A stretch of DNA of 64,000 nucleotides, from the NCBI GenBank assembly GCA_964016885.1, contig OZ024762.1, forward strand, positions 3,100,001 to 3,164,000, written 5' to 3'. The notes under the pieces are model-generated. The model was not told the origin of the DNA. It was given only the letters and a program-made list of their open reading frames with translations, and searched no databases. The stretch's first letter is position 1. Each line of letters starts with the position of its first letter. This DNA is from Eledone cirrhosa (lineage: Eukaryota). The position numbers were made by a program, and so were the translations under genes. Positions 13,490-26,891 of this stretch are shown one piece after another.

Positions 13490-14140
13490 ACAGTGGCGAG
13501 TGCGTAAATCGCGTCCGTCATCTACTACCGCCTGACCATCGTGCTTTAAACCCCGTCCGTGCTTCGTCAAGTTGGAACGGCTCCTCTTCAAATTCTTGTG
13601 GAAAGGACAAGTTCCGTTGGGGAGGCGGTCCATCTGCTGCCAGCCCCTCTACGCGGAGGGCTGGGCATGTCGTGGCTAATGATGCGCAGACATGCGTTGA
13701 GGCTGCGACATCTCCAGATATTCTGCCTAAACGGTGAACAGGTGTGGTCGCCGTTTATCAGATGGGCCTTTCCGCAACTCGTTTCTTTGACTGAGCTGCA
13801 GTCCTGGGTCAAGAAGAGACCGAGACTGGGTGACTTGCACCTGGAATGTTGCCAGGCACTCACTGCCCTCTACCAAGCGGGCAATGCGATCAGTGGAACT
13901 TCCACTCTCGAGTTCTATAGAGGATTAGTGGTGGGCAAGTGCGATGACGCACTCGGAGAAGCTTTGGGCCTCGACGAAGTCGAACTGACCAGTCTATACC
14001 GGAGGACTTTCGAGTCGGGGACGATGGACAATTTCCAGAAATCCCTCGCTTGGCAGTGCTACTGGGGGCACTGGCGGTTCGGGATAAATTTCTTCAAGTT
14101 TCACCTGGAAAGGAAGGTGAGGGTGGATGGAGAAGTGCCT
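13490..14140 (+). mobile_element. Probable L1/Tx1-type LINE ORF2 C-terminal fragment
   Basis: Abrupt GC-rich block with GGLGM...RHALRLRHL and FYRGL...FQKSLAWQCYWG. Confidence 0.55.
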
Positions 14141-14159
14141 TGTGCCAAAAGAAGAAACA

Positions 14160-14560
14160 ATTATTATAATCATTGTTGTTATTATTGTTGTTGTTATTGT
14201 CATTTTCGTTGTTGTCGTTGTTGTTGTCGTGGTTGTTATTGTCGTTATTGTCATTGTTGTTATTGTTGTTGTCGTTGTCGTTATTGTTGTTATTGTCGTT
14301 GTTGTTGTCGTTATTATTGTTGTTGTTATTTTGTTGTCATTATTATTATTATTATTGTTATTGTCATTATTATTGTTGTTGTTGTTGTTGTTATTGTTAT
14401 TGTCATTATTACTGTTGTTGTTATTATTGTTGTTGTTGTTATTGTTGTTGTTAGTATTGTTATTATTGTTATTATTATTGTTGTTATTGTTGGTTGTTGT
14501 TGTTATTATTGTTGTTATTGTTATTGTTATTGTTGTTGTTGTTATTATTGTTATTATTCA
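14160..14560. repeat. (TTG/TTA/TCG)n trinucleotide array
   Basis: Direct reading. Confidence 0.95.
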
Positions 14561-15117
14561 AGTATTTTCCCATGTTATATCCTGACAGTAATAGGAACTG
14601 CCGTTTCATAAATATGACAGGAAGGTTTTTTTGAATTTAGATTTCTCTGAGTATTTGTTTGTGTTCTTGTATTTCTTATAGTTTTTGCTTCTTTAAAGAG
14701 AAGGGGGTTGTTTCCTTTATTGGAGAGGTGTGTGTAGTTTTGGGTTTTTTTTTATTTTTAGTAGTTTTCTTTACTTGAGAGGGGGTAGCAGGGAGAGGGG
14801 GTTTTCTGAAAATGTGTTTCCTTTATCGCGTTTAAATTAAATTATACTTCATGTTTGATATCCGTCTATCACGTTATCATTTATGCTTTCATATTTTTTC
14901 GTTTCGTTTCTACAGCGATAAATTGGTAGAGTTGTTATAAAATGTTGAATAGAATCCTTTGTGTTATTCGGTTCGGCTCTTTGCTGCTCTCTCTGAGTTC
15001 AAATCCTGCCCAGGAGAACTTTGCCTTTCACTTTCTTATTGTATGGGGGATTTTTGTTCGTGTTTAGGCAACCACGTCACCTTTTTGTTCACCTTTTTGT
15101 TCAACACTGACACAGGA

Positions 15118-15160
15118 ACGATGTACTAGTTTCAAGCTTATTAGCTATCGTCAGCATCAT
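15118..15160 (-). ncRNA. Minimal type I hammerhead ribozyme
   Basis: Minus strand reads ATGATG-CTGACGA-T-AGCT-AATA-AGCT-T-GAAA-CTAG-TA-CATCGT. It has a 6-bp stem I with one G-U, a 4-bp stem II and a palindromic stem III. Confidence 0.78.
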
Positions 15161-15624
15161 ATACCTTCCTGCCAGATGGTTGAACGTCTGAAAGTATATA
15201 CTTTCTTTATGCATATTAACGGCTGAGCAGCCTAATTTGCATATCGAGTGAGTTTAGTCGGCCGGGCACACCGAAAACGATAAATGGAATAGAATGAAAC
15301 GAAATTTCATTTCTCACTCTTAGTATGGCACTTACTTAGATGTAAGTATGTATGTATACACTGTACGGCGTAATTCGGGCTGTTTGTTTGTTTACAAACA
15401 AACCGAGCATTATAATAAATGTTCGGTAAACCGATACGTGCATATATATATGTGAGCATGTATGTATATATATACATACTACTGTGTGCATGTATGTATA
15501 TATATACATACTACAGTGTATCCATGCTATGTATACATACTACAGTGTGTCCATGCAGGGGCTCCCACAGGAGCACTGAGTGCAATGTCAACTCTGGATT
15601 TCGGTGAGCATGTCCAGCTAACCT

Positions 15625-15836
15625 CAGTCTCCTCTGACTTTAGGAAGGCCTTGGATTCTGAGGACCGTCACTGCCTGAAGAAGATCTTACAGGCTTATGG
15701 AATCCCCAAGAAGATAGTGGACCTGATATCACTGCTCTACACCAACACCAAAGCTCAAGTCATTACACCTGATGGTATGACAGAGTTCTTTGAGATACTG
15801 GCTGGAGTGCTCCAGGGAGATACATTGGCTCCCTAA
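15625..15836 (+). mobile_element. RTE-type LINE RT fragment
   Basis: DFRKALDS...ILQAYGIP...[10 protein letters not shown]. Confidence 0.9.
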
Positions 15837-16021
15837 CTTTTTATATATATATATATATAATACATGCAAAACTAATTCATCGCCATTATAATATATATAT
15901 AAATATATATATATAAATATATATATAAATATATATATAAATATATATATATATATGCAAGCGTGGAAGATGGACGTTAAACGATGATGATATATATAAA
16001 TATATAAATAGATATCAAAGA

Positions 16022-16057
<36 letters not shown>

Positions 16058-16333
16058 CACCCAGCCCACACTGTAAAGTGGACGTGTAGGCGCCACGAAA
16101 AAGCACCCAGCACTCACTGTAAATGAGGTTGGTGTTAGGAAGGGCATCCAGCTGTAGAAATCAAGCCAGAATCAATTCCTGTATGAGCAAGGCATGGTCA
16201 GCCGACCAGACACTGCCCACAACAGGACAACCCGTCTAACCCATGCTAGAGTGGAAGAACGGACGTAAAACGGTGATGATGATGATGATGATGATATATA
16301 TGTACACACACGCAGAAGTAAATATCAAAGCTG

Positions 16334-16381
<48 letters not shown>

Positions 16382-16406
16382 CACGCAGAAGTAAATATCA
16401 AAGGTG

Positions 16407-16464
<58 letters not shown>

Positions 16465-17051
16465 CACGCAGAAGTAGATATCAAAGCTGATTATATATAT
16501 ATATATATATTTCAGAAGTCACGTTTCCAAACCAGAAGTGCACAAAGGTAGGGAAATGTGTAAAGTTCGCTGTTTGAGTTTGTGCGAATGTGTGTGCATG
16601 TGTCTACATATGCTGTCTGTCTGTGCGTATTTACATGTGTGTCGGTGTATTTGCTTTAAGTTCCTTTGTATCTTCTATTCTGGTTCAATTTGTTGCTCGG
16701 AAGAGAATTTGATATCAAAGGAAAACAAATAATAAGCGTCTCGTTATGTCGATTATGAAAGCAAATTATCAAAAGTCAAAAGTAAAATATAAATAATTGT
16801 TTCTACTTTTGGCACAAGGCCAGCAATTATCCCAGTGTATTACTGGTACTTTATTTTATTAACCCCGTAAGGATGAAAGGCAAAGTTAACCTCGACGGGA
16901 TTTGAACTCAGATCGTAAAGGGACGTAACTATGGTGGAAAGCATGGCGTCCGACCCTCTACCGATTCACCCTGGTTTCATAATAATAATAATTGTTAATA
17001 ATAATGATAATAATTGTTTCTACTTTAGGCACAAGGCCAGCAATTACCCCA

Positions 17052-17917
17052 GGGATGCAGGCAAAACACCTAGATGTGATAACAAGTGCAGACTCTGCAG
17101 AACTAACATCGAAGATGTCACCCATATCATCAGCAGCTGTCCAAAGATGTCATCGCGGTACTATCTACCTATGAGGCATGATGTAGTGGCCAAAACACTG
17201 TACAATGCAATCCCTAAAAAAGATAGCCCCGATAATAAACACATTAAAAGCTACAACAATGTGGAAGACATCCATGTACATAATATGAAAGAGTACTGGT
17301 GGAATGTTCCAGTAAAACCCCCAATAAAATGCAGGCATAATAGACCAGATATTATGATATGGGACAGAGAGAAGAAAACATGCACAGTAGTGGAAATTAG
17401 CTGTCCAGCAGATGCCAATATAATATCAAAGATTAGCGAAAAGGAGAATATTTATGCAGAACTGATGAGAAATCTGCAGATACTCCACCCTGATTACACC
17501 TTCAGATTTATGCCTGTGATTATTGGGGCACTGGGGTATGTTAGTAACTGCCTCAATACAAATCTTGAGAAGCTAGGCTTCACAGGAACAGAAAGAACAC
17601 AACTAGTTAGGAAATTACAAGTACAATCCATTAATGGAACAGTAAAAATATGTAAAACATTCCAAAAATGTTGCATCTACACATGTACAGATACAAAGCA
17701 TATACACATGCACACATACAACTCAAAACATACACATCCACACATACAACTCAAAACATACAAATCCACACATACAATAACATCCATATCTACACATGCA
17801 TGCATACATATCTACCTAGTTGATATTGTGTAAATTCCAATGAGAGAGTCTTGTGTCTATGTTAGAAACCGACTCTCTCTCTATTGGGAAAAAATGTGAA
17901 ATTATAAAACCAGAAGA
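17052..17917 (+). mobile_element. R4/Dong-clade non-LTR retrotransposon 3' part (zinc knuckle, restriction-like endonuclease, 3' UTR)
   Basis: CRLC...HIISSC, RHD, NRPDI...VVEISCP...EKENIY and PVIIGALG motifs. The 3' end runs into (CATA)n. Confidence 0.9.
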
Positions 17918-17936
17918 ACATACATACATACATACA

Positions 17937-17967
<31 letters not shown>

Positions 17968-18019
17968 GTATTTGTTTCCCGAACTGCTAAGAAAGGCCAA
18001 AGACGAGATTCACCCAGAA

Positions 18020-18175
18020 AATTCATAGTCTACAAATGGCTGCGATAGCTGGCACCTTCAAAATTTGAAAAAAATTCTTGCGATTCAAGGAATGACAATT
18101 TCTTTTCTTTTACAACCTTGCCACCAGAAAGGTGGCCGGTCAAAAAAAATACTCGAAATTAAGAGAAAGAGATAA
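18020..18175 (+). mobile_element. R4/Dong-like 3' end (subfamily 2)
   Basis: Near-identical to 7783-7940 and followed by CATACATACA. Confidence 0.75.
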
Positions 18176-18272
18176 CATACATACAAACATATACATACAA
18201 GAATAAGAGAGTTCAAGAAGAGAAATAATATACATGATGCGAAATAATATACAAGAAGAGAAATAATATATA

Positions 18273-18420
18273 TGGAGGCACATGGCTTAGTGGTTAGAGC
18301 ATTGGCCTTGCAATCGAAAGGTTGTGAGTTCAATTCTCAGACCGGGTGATGTGTTGTTCCCTTGAGTAATACACTTTATTTCACATTGCTCCAGTTTACT
18401 CAGCTGTAGAAATGAGATGA
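18273..18420 (+). mobile_element. tRNA-derived SINE (family B)
   Basis: A-box TGGCTTAGTGG and B-box GAGTTCAATTC, then CCTTGAG..ACACTTTATTTCAC. Related copies near 3530-3650, 46075-46215, 57180-57290 and 58585-58725. Confidence 0.8.
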
Positions 18421-18968
18421 TAGGACTGGGGTCCATATCATTCCACTGTAAAGTGGACGTGGAGGTGTCACGGCAAAAAAGCACCCAGCACTCACTGTAA
18501 ATGAGGTTGGTGTTAGGAAGGGCATCCAGCTGTAGAAATCAAGCCAGCATCAGTTCCCGTCCCACCCTTGCAAGCAGGGAAAAGCGGACGTAAAATGAAA
18601 TGATGATGATGATGATGATGATGATGATGCAGTTTGAGAAATTTTCTGGGTAAATCTCGTCTTTGGCCTTTCTTAGCAGTTCGGGAAACAAATACATATA
18701 TAGTGGATCTATGTCGGTTTCTGCATGAGCTGGTAACAATATGGCGACGTTTGAAGTATGAATGGCGAAATAATGGATTAATAGAATATCATGGTAAACT
18801 AATACAGGCGAGATGGGGAAAGTTCTATAGAGGAGAGAATAATGGAATTATATGTTGTTAACTAACTCAGACAAGCAGAGGATAATGAGAAAAAGAATAC
18901 TAAGAATTGGTCAATCGAAATATTCCAAAATATTTTCATGTCAGTCATATTTCTTTCATTTCTTTCTA

Positions 18969-19061
<93 letters not shown>

Positions 19062-19131
19062 CACACACACACAGTATATATATATACACATACACACTAT
19101 ATATATATATAAATATATATATACACATACA

Positions 19132-19178
<47 letters not shown>

Positions 19179-19477
19179 CACAAGATATATATATATATAT
19201 ATATATACACATACACACGATATATATATATATACATACACACGATATATATATATATATACATACACATACATACACACACTATATATATATACATATA
19301 TACACACACTTTATATATATATATATACATACACACACTATATATATGTATACATACATACACACACACTATACATACATACATACATACATACATACAT
19401 ACATACATACACACTATATATATATATATACACTATATATATACATATATATATATACATACATATATACGCACTCA

Positions 19478-19514
<37 letters not shown>

Positions 19515-21092
19515 GACATACATTATATATATATATAGATCAGAAACATAAAAGTTCTGATAAAGTTTTACCAACAAAGATTCAAGTTCAATACATTTCC
19601 ACGATCGGCGAAATAAGTCGAACCAATACATCACTTAAGAAATATATTTATTTTATACTTTACTAGCTGGCCCATCTGGCTGGCGTCAGGCTAGGTATAC
19701 GGTTACCCCCCCCCCCCCCCCCTCCCTCCACTCCAGTGTAAAGATACCGCACGCCCTCTCAAGTCTACGAGGTTGGGCGGGGGGGGGGGGGGGGGGGGTA
19801 ACGTGCTCTGATGTTGGGTTTGAATAGTCTTTAGGATTCCCCAGTTCAGCAACCAGTACGTTAAAGAAAATTGATTGTTACAACAATAAAGGCTGAACAG
19901 AGAACACATTCTTTAACAAACAATAATTTGTACAATCATAATGGAAATTCCAAGTAACAGAAAATATTTAAATTCCAAAAAAAAGGAATCAGTTGTTGGC
20001 CGGAAAGAAAGGTGTCTGACCTCAGCCCTTTCAACCTCGTCCACCATACAACCTCTTTCGCCATAGCTATCACACAAAGGAAAACCACCTCTCCTTCGTT
20101 TTAGAAGGAGGGTGGCGGTTTGATTATGACAATGGACTCGGTATTCAACTGGATCGGTCCCACCAATAGTCGTTCTACATAGCCCCACAGGTCGGTAACA
20201 GACATATATAGATACAGATATATAAATAGTACCAGTCATTGACTGGAGTCAATGTAATCAACCTTCCCCAACCCCTGTACCACAAATTACTGTCCATACT
20301 TCTAAATTAAAAAAATAAATCATCGTTATATTATTAAATTAACAAGTGGACGTGGACGTACTTTGACAAACTACAATTCCGACATTTCTTCAAGCTCGAG
20401 TACTAACAAACGAGTACAGTCTTTGGAATGTTTTACAAATAAGATTTTTTTTCCAATTATGTTTTGTTTTTGTCTTAAAAAAAAATTTTGACTAAAATTT
20501 TAAGTCAACATGCCTCCAGTCCTCTCAAAATAGACAAAAGAATGCAATACAGAGAAATCATAAAACAAATTAAATATTATGTTAACAATAATATCAACGA
20601 TGACAACAGCAGCGACATAAACATCAACAACATTAGCAAAACGGAATCAACAACAGCTGTAACAACAACAACAGCTGTAACAACACCATCAACAACGACA
20701 ACACCAACAACATCAACATCAACATCAACAACACCAACAACACCACCAACACCAACACCATCAACAACAACACCACCAACAACACCATCAATAACAACAC
20801 CACCAACACCAACAATACCATCAACACCAACAACAACACCATCAACAACACCATCAACAACACCATCAATAAACAACAACACCATCAACAACACCATCAA
20901 CACCAACAACGACAACAACAATGACAGCTGTACTACCCCAGACATTTTGTCAAAGGTGGTCGGGAACAATATTAGAATGGCAATAATATTAACATAAGCT
21001 ATTAATAAGAACATATTGAGTATTGGATATAAACCAAATATTGTTTTAATAATGAATTCAATCACAGATTAGTAAACCATAGCAAAGGAATA

Positions 21093-22053
21093 TGAGAGGG
21101 CTTCAAAAAGTTTGTGGAAAAAGAACAGTTGAAAAAAAACTGTACTTGTTTATGGCTCTGTCACTTGGACGCTAACGTTGAAACTGGTGAAAAAGCTAGA
21201 CGGGGCATACACGCGTATGCTCCGCACTTGCTTTAAACGTGTCTTGGAGGGAACACCCAACAAATAAGGATCTCTCTGGCAATATACCACCTATCAGCAG
21301 GTCAATACGTGGATTTGCTGGCCACTGTTGGCGCAGCAAGGAAGAAATAGCAGGTGATGTGTTGTTATGGAGTCTATCTCATGGAGCAAGAAACGCTGGT
21401 CGTCCCAAGAAGACATACGTCAAGCAACTTGAGGACGATAGTGGATGCACTGCGGAAGAACTGGCAAACGCTATGAGAGACAGAGATGGATGGAGGAAAC
21501 GTGTCGTAGAAAGCCGAGCAAGCTCAACCTGATGATGATGAAAAAAAACGGTTTAAGTTATGATGTTTATTTTTCAACACATGCTCCATCTAAGTCAATA
21601 CACTTCAGCAAGTTGATACCAGCCTTTAAATCTGTGTAAATCTGAGGGCCATGCAATTTAAACCATGTCAAAGCAGCTTTTTGTACATCTTCAACTGGGG
21701 ATCATCTTCAACCTCATCTCTTCCACTTCTAACACGACTTATCCATTTGTAGGGTGTTGATTTCTTTGGGGCATTGTCCCCATAAACCTGCCCCAGAGCG
21801 TCAATGATTTGGCTGCTATTCCACCCTAGCTTCACCATGAATTTGATGTTTTGATGGAGGCCAGGGGGCCATATTGCTCAAGTGGGTGTTGACTTCCAAC
21901 TGGCGGCGCTGCATTGCAACATACATTTAAGGGTTCATGTTAGAACATGTTATGACACGTTAGTACGAGAACGTACAGGTGCATTGAGATCAAAATTCCT
22001 TTATATGATTTCTAGTGACGTACTTTTTCCACAAACTTTTTGAAGCCTCCTCG
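21093..22053 (-). mobile_element. Internally deleted mariner (irritans/Hsmar2-like) with nested LINE fragment
   Basis: TIRs ...GGCTTCAAAAAGTTTGTGGAAAAAG flanked by TA. Minus strand encodes NIKFMVKLGW...VYGDNAPKKS..YKWI and KCIDLDGACVEK*. Confidence 0.88.
21140..21540 (+). mobile_element. RTE-type LINE 3' fragment nested in the mariner
   Basis: VLVYGSVTWTL..., FAGHCWRS, GRPKKTY and DRDGWR motifs, with a (GAT)n tail. Confidence 0.85.
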
Positions 22054-22184
22054 TATAACAACAAATTCATTCACAGATACAGTAATTGCTGCGTCAAGTA
22101 AAAATACACAAATCATACATATCTATCTCTCTATCCATCCATCTACCTGTTTGTCTATCTATCCATCCATCCGCCTATCTATCT

Positions 22185-22625
22185 ATCCAATCTATCTATC
22201 TGCCTACCTGTTACCTGTCTACCTATCTATCTATCTATCTGCCTACCTGTTACCTGTCTATCTATCCAATCTATCTATCTGCCTACCTGTTACCTGTCTA
22301 CCTATCTATCTATCTATCTGCCTACCTGTTACCCGTCTACCTATCTATCTATCTATCTGCCTACCTGTTACCTGTCTATCTATCTGCCTACCTGTTACCT
22401 GTCTACCTATCTATCTATCTATCTGCCTACCTGTTACCTGTCTACCTATCTATCTATCTATCTGCCTACCTGTTACCTGTCTACCTATCTATCTATCTAT
22501 CTGCCTACCTGTTACCTGTCTACCTATCTATCTATCTATCTGCCTACCTGTTACCTGTCTACCTATCTATCTATCTATCTATCTGCCTACCTGTCTATCT
22601 ATCCATCCATCTGTCTACCTGTCTA
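22185..22625. repeat. ~39-bp (CTAT)n-GCCTACCTGTTACCTGT minisatellite
   Basis: About 10 tandem units. Confidence 0.9.
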
Positions 22626-22762
22626 TCTATCCATCTGCCTACCTGCCCACCTATCTGTGTCTGTTTGGCTATCTATCTACCTGCCTATCTATCCACCCAT
22701 TCTCTTACATGACACCAGTCCATGGCGCCATAAAAGGTTGGGGAAGCTGCTCTAACACATAA

Positions 22763-22955
22763 CAGACCTGTCAACTCCTAAACACTTAAACGGGGGCGTA
22801 CCATGAAGAAAAGTGCCCCAAAACTGGGAAAAATGAGGCAAAATGGGGAGATTTTGCATAATGAAAGCTATAACCATTTTCACAAGAGAAGACATCTCTC
22901 ACCCACACCAAAGTGGGTGGGAGATCTCATCAGACGGGGAGAGTTGACAGGTCTG
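22763..22955. mobile_element. MITE with CAGACCTGTCAACTC TIRs (hAT-like)
   Basis: 15-bp perfect TIRs. No clear TSD. Confidence 0.55.
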
Positions 22956-23729
22956 ATATAAAATTATGCTTATAGTTGTTTTTTTTCTTCTCATAATATT
23001 CCACCTTTTTCAACTACGTATTAGTTTAGCTGTTAAATATTTATTCCTCACATTTCATGAATCTTTAAAACCATCTCGACAACTCAAGTTACTTCCTTAA
23101 CGGTATATATGACCTTATAAGGACATTCATAAAATGTAATTTTGTTTCATGACATTTTAATTAGCCTAAAGCCTAACTAACAATTAATAATATATCTTCT
23201 ATTCGGTTTTTTTTAATCACTAGAGTGTAATAAAAGTCACTTGTATTTTCTCACTAAAACAATTCATTCACCTACCTTCATCCTTCGTTATATTCTTCTT
23301 TTGTCATTCCGTGTGTTTTTCTGTCCACAAAGAGAATAGCTTAGAGTAAGTAAAGTGTTTACAACAGAGTTTTATCTCTACGTGGGCATAAAAAATGTGG
23401 TCGGGAGGATAGCCTTCCATTTTATATTACTTTTAAAACGTTGTATAAGACTCTTCTTCATTTTCGCTCACTTATACCTAAGAGGATCGTAGGGGTAGAG
23501 TCCTCAAACAATTCTTCCAGAGGTTCCTGTCAGAAGCAACCGGCTCCAATTTATCTGGCAGGATCCCTAAACGAGACCAGCCGAGTTCATGGATGATATC
23601 CAACCATCTTGCTCAGGGTCTACTCCTGGGTCTCCTGTATGTTGATAATGAGAATCAATTAATTTATAAAATAATTAAAAAATAATCAATTAATTAAGCG
23701 AGCTTGTATAAAGCTTGTCTAATTATTGA

Positions 23730-24480
23730 AAACATTGATGCCATTGCCTTGATCACAGAGGAAATGAGCCAAGCTCAAGCACTGCTCACACGTGTCGAGG
23801 TTGAATCAGGCAAAATAGGACTGCATCTCAATGCATAGAAGACCGAAATCCTGCATTACAATCAGGTTGGTCCAGCTCCATTGTTGTACCGTCAACAATC
23901 ATATTGATTGTTGACGGTACAGCATTCAATACAGTTGAGAAGTATCCTGGTGCATGGATGCACAGCTCATGTAAGGACTTTAAAGTTAGAAAAGCATTAG
24001 CATGCCACAAGCTGCTGAAGGTGTGGAAGTCTGACCTAAATCGCAAAATTAAGGAGCGCTTCTTCCTAGCATCTGTTGAGTCCGTCCTGCTTTACGGCAG
24101 TGAAACGTGGACTATTGACAAAGTGCTGTGCAAGAGACTTGACGGATGTCACACGAGGATGCTGAGAATGGCTCTCAACATTTCTTGGAAACAGAAGCTG
24201 ACAAATAAAGAACTATACAGATCACTACCACCAGTCTCAGAAAAAGTTGCCTGCCAGCGAATGAAACTGGCTGGGCAGTGCATCTGTCAAGAAACAGCAT
24301 CTCAACTTGTGATCTGGAGACCGGTGGTCGAACGAAGAATTGTGGGAAGACAGGCCGTCTCCTTCATTGATACCCTGCTGAGTGATGTCAACATTGATAA
24401 CATCGATGAACTGAGAAATGTCATGCGTGGATTAGAGAAAGCTGCTGAATCTTTGCGAGTGTAAACTCGGCCGAAGAAGA
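23730..24480 (+). mobile_element. RTE-type LINE 3' fragment
   Basis: [13 protein letters not shown]...RMLRMALNISW motifs. Confidence 0.88.
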
Positions 24481-26891
24481 AAGAATTAATTAATTAATTG
24501 ATTTTTTTAATTGTCTTAATTAATTGATCCACATTATCAACATGCGCGTCTAAAAAGTCACCAGCCACCTCCTACTTCACCTTCTTCAGTTCCTTTGGCT
24601 CCCTCTGAAGTATTACCTGATAGAAGATCTCCATTCCGGGATAATACCTGATGGGAGATCTCCATTCTGAGATAATACGTGATAGAAGATCTCCATTCTG
24701 GGATATTGTCTGGTGGAAGATCTCCACTTCTCCTTGTTGCACGCCTCGTCACGGACCTATTCTCCCATTCCAGGCGCATGTCTACCAGATCTTCCTCCAC
24801 TGACCTCAATCAGGTCTTTATCGATCTGATTTGCTTCCTGCATCCTCCTCCTCCTCCTAGCTTTCATTCGTGGAGTAAGGGGCCTTCACTCGTCTCTTCG
24901 TGGACATACGGAGTACATGACCAACCAAACATCTTCCGACATTGTACGGAGATCGTGCCCCGTAAACTATTCTGTTAGGCCTTATTCCATCGGGACATTT
25001 CCTTGACCCCCTCCTTTGTAATGTAACCCCACCAAGAAAGCCTACGTATGGTCCCATAGAAGTTATTTGTAAATCGGTAGATTCTCCAAGGCTCAGCTGA
25101 AAAGTTCATAGAATGACCAGAATACTCTCATGGAATGAGCAAATGAGGTTTATTTTTCAACATAGTCTCTGGAAAGAAACAATGCAGTTATTGATAAGAA
25201 GAGTTGGAATTAATGCCTGCAAGATTTCACAGCTCTAGCATCACTCCTTCATAGTCAGCATATAAACTTTTCAGCCTCCCCTCGTGCGAGGCTGACCCCC
25301 GATACTCTCATGGGATGACGAAATAAGGTTTATTTTTCAGCAGTCTCTAGAAGGAGCAGAAAAAGAAGAAAATGAAAAAGAAAAAAAAGAAGGTGAAGTG
25401 ATGGAATATGGAATAAGAGGAGAATCTAGATGATTTTTGTGGCTGCTATTTCTAGCAGGTTGGGCGACAAGGGTTAGCGAGAAATTACTTTGTTTGTTCC
25501 ATCAATAGAAAATATATCTAGCAGGGATTCAGAAAATTAACAAATTTCATTTCCTTGTTATTGTTGTTGTTATTGTTGTTATTATTGTCGTTATTGTTGT
25601 TGCTGTTGTCGTTGCTGGTGTTTTAAGTGTGTGTGAGTTTGTGTGAGTGTATGTGAGTGTATGTGTGAGTGTGTGTGTGAGTATGGGAGTGAGAGCAAGT
25701 GTGTGCCGTATGCGTGTTAGTGTGCCGTGTGTGTGTGACGTGTGTATGTGTGAGTTTGTCTGTATGTGTGTATGAGTATGGGAGTGAGAGCAAGTGTGTG
25801 TGTGTGTGTCGTATGTGTCTTTATGGGACACCATATGTATATATGAGTGTACGGTGTGTATGTTTGTGCGTCGTATATATATATATGTTTGTGTATATAT
25901 ATATATTTATATATGTTTGTGTATATATATATATTTATATGTTTGTGTATGTATATATATATATTTATGTTTGTGTGTATATATATATATATATGTTTGT
26001 GTGTATATATATATATATATATATATGTGTGTATATATATATTTATAAATGTTTGTAAGTGTATATATATATATTTATATGTTTGTGTGTGTGTATATAT
26101 ATTTATGTTTGTGTGTGTGTGTGTATGTATATATATATATTTATATGTTTGTGTGTGTGTATATATATATATGTTTGTGTGTGTGTATATATATATTTAT
26201 ATATGTGTGTGTGTGTATATATATATTTATATATGTGTGTGTGTGTATATATATATATATGTGTGTGTGTGTGTATGTATGTTTGTGTGTGTGTCATATG
26301 CTGTTTTTTATGGATTTTTCTCTGTTTCCCTTTAATCTAATTTCCTAAAAACTAGCATAATAAACTGGAATAAATGTTATTTTCCCATCAATGATCAATC
26401 ACTGATCAACAATCGATCTCCCTGGAGCATTTTTTCCTAGTTATTTCATTCCAAACACATTTGTTTACATTTATAAATATTTCTTTCGCGGGCAAATTTT
26501 CATTTTTTGTTTTTTTCTTCTTCGCTCTTGTTTTTTACTTAATTTGATTTTCGTTTTGTTTCGTTTGGATTTTTGTTTTTATGCTTCCCTTTTTTTTTCA
26601 ATTTTCATCTTACATCATCATTATTATTATTATTATTAATTTGACGCATTGAGTTACGGCCCTTGCCATTCTGTGTTCAAATCCCGCCGAGGCTAGCTTT
26701 GCCTTTCATCTTTACGGGGTCGATAAAATAAAGTACCAGTAATACACTGGTTAATTGCTGGCTTTGTGTGTGCCAAAAGTAGAAACAATTATTATTATTT
26801 TATTGGTTTATTTAGTCAGGAGGAGGAACGAGTAAATTATCGTTTAATTAAAACACAATTATATCATTATTCATTTTTGTTATGTTTATTA

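Noticed and set aside
13559-14611. 350-aa Cys-rich ORF
   Set aside because: It is a LINE fragment reading into a trinucleotide microsatellite.
18273-18345. Possible tRNA genes at SINE heads
   Set aside because: A and B boxes are present but no complete cloverleaf, and they continue into SINE bodies.
20488-21065. Mucin-like Thr/Pro-rich ORF
   Set aside because: It is an (ACA/CCA)n array with no domain or convincing splice context.
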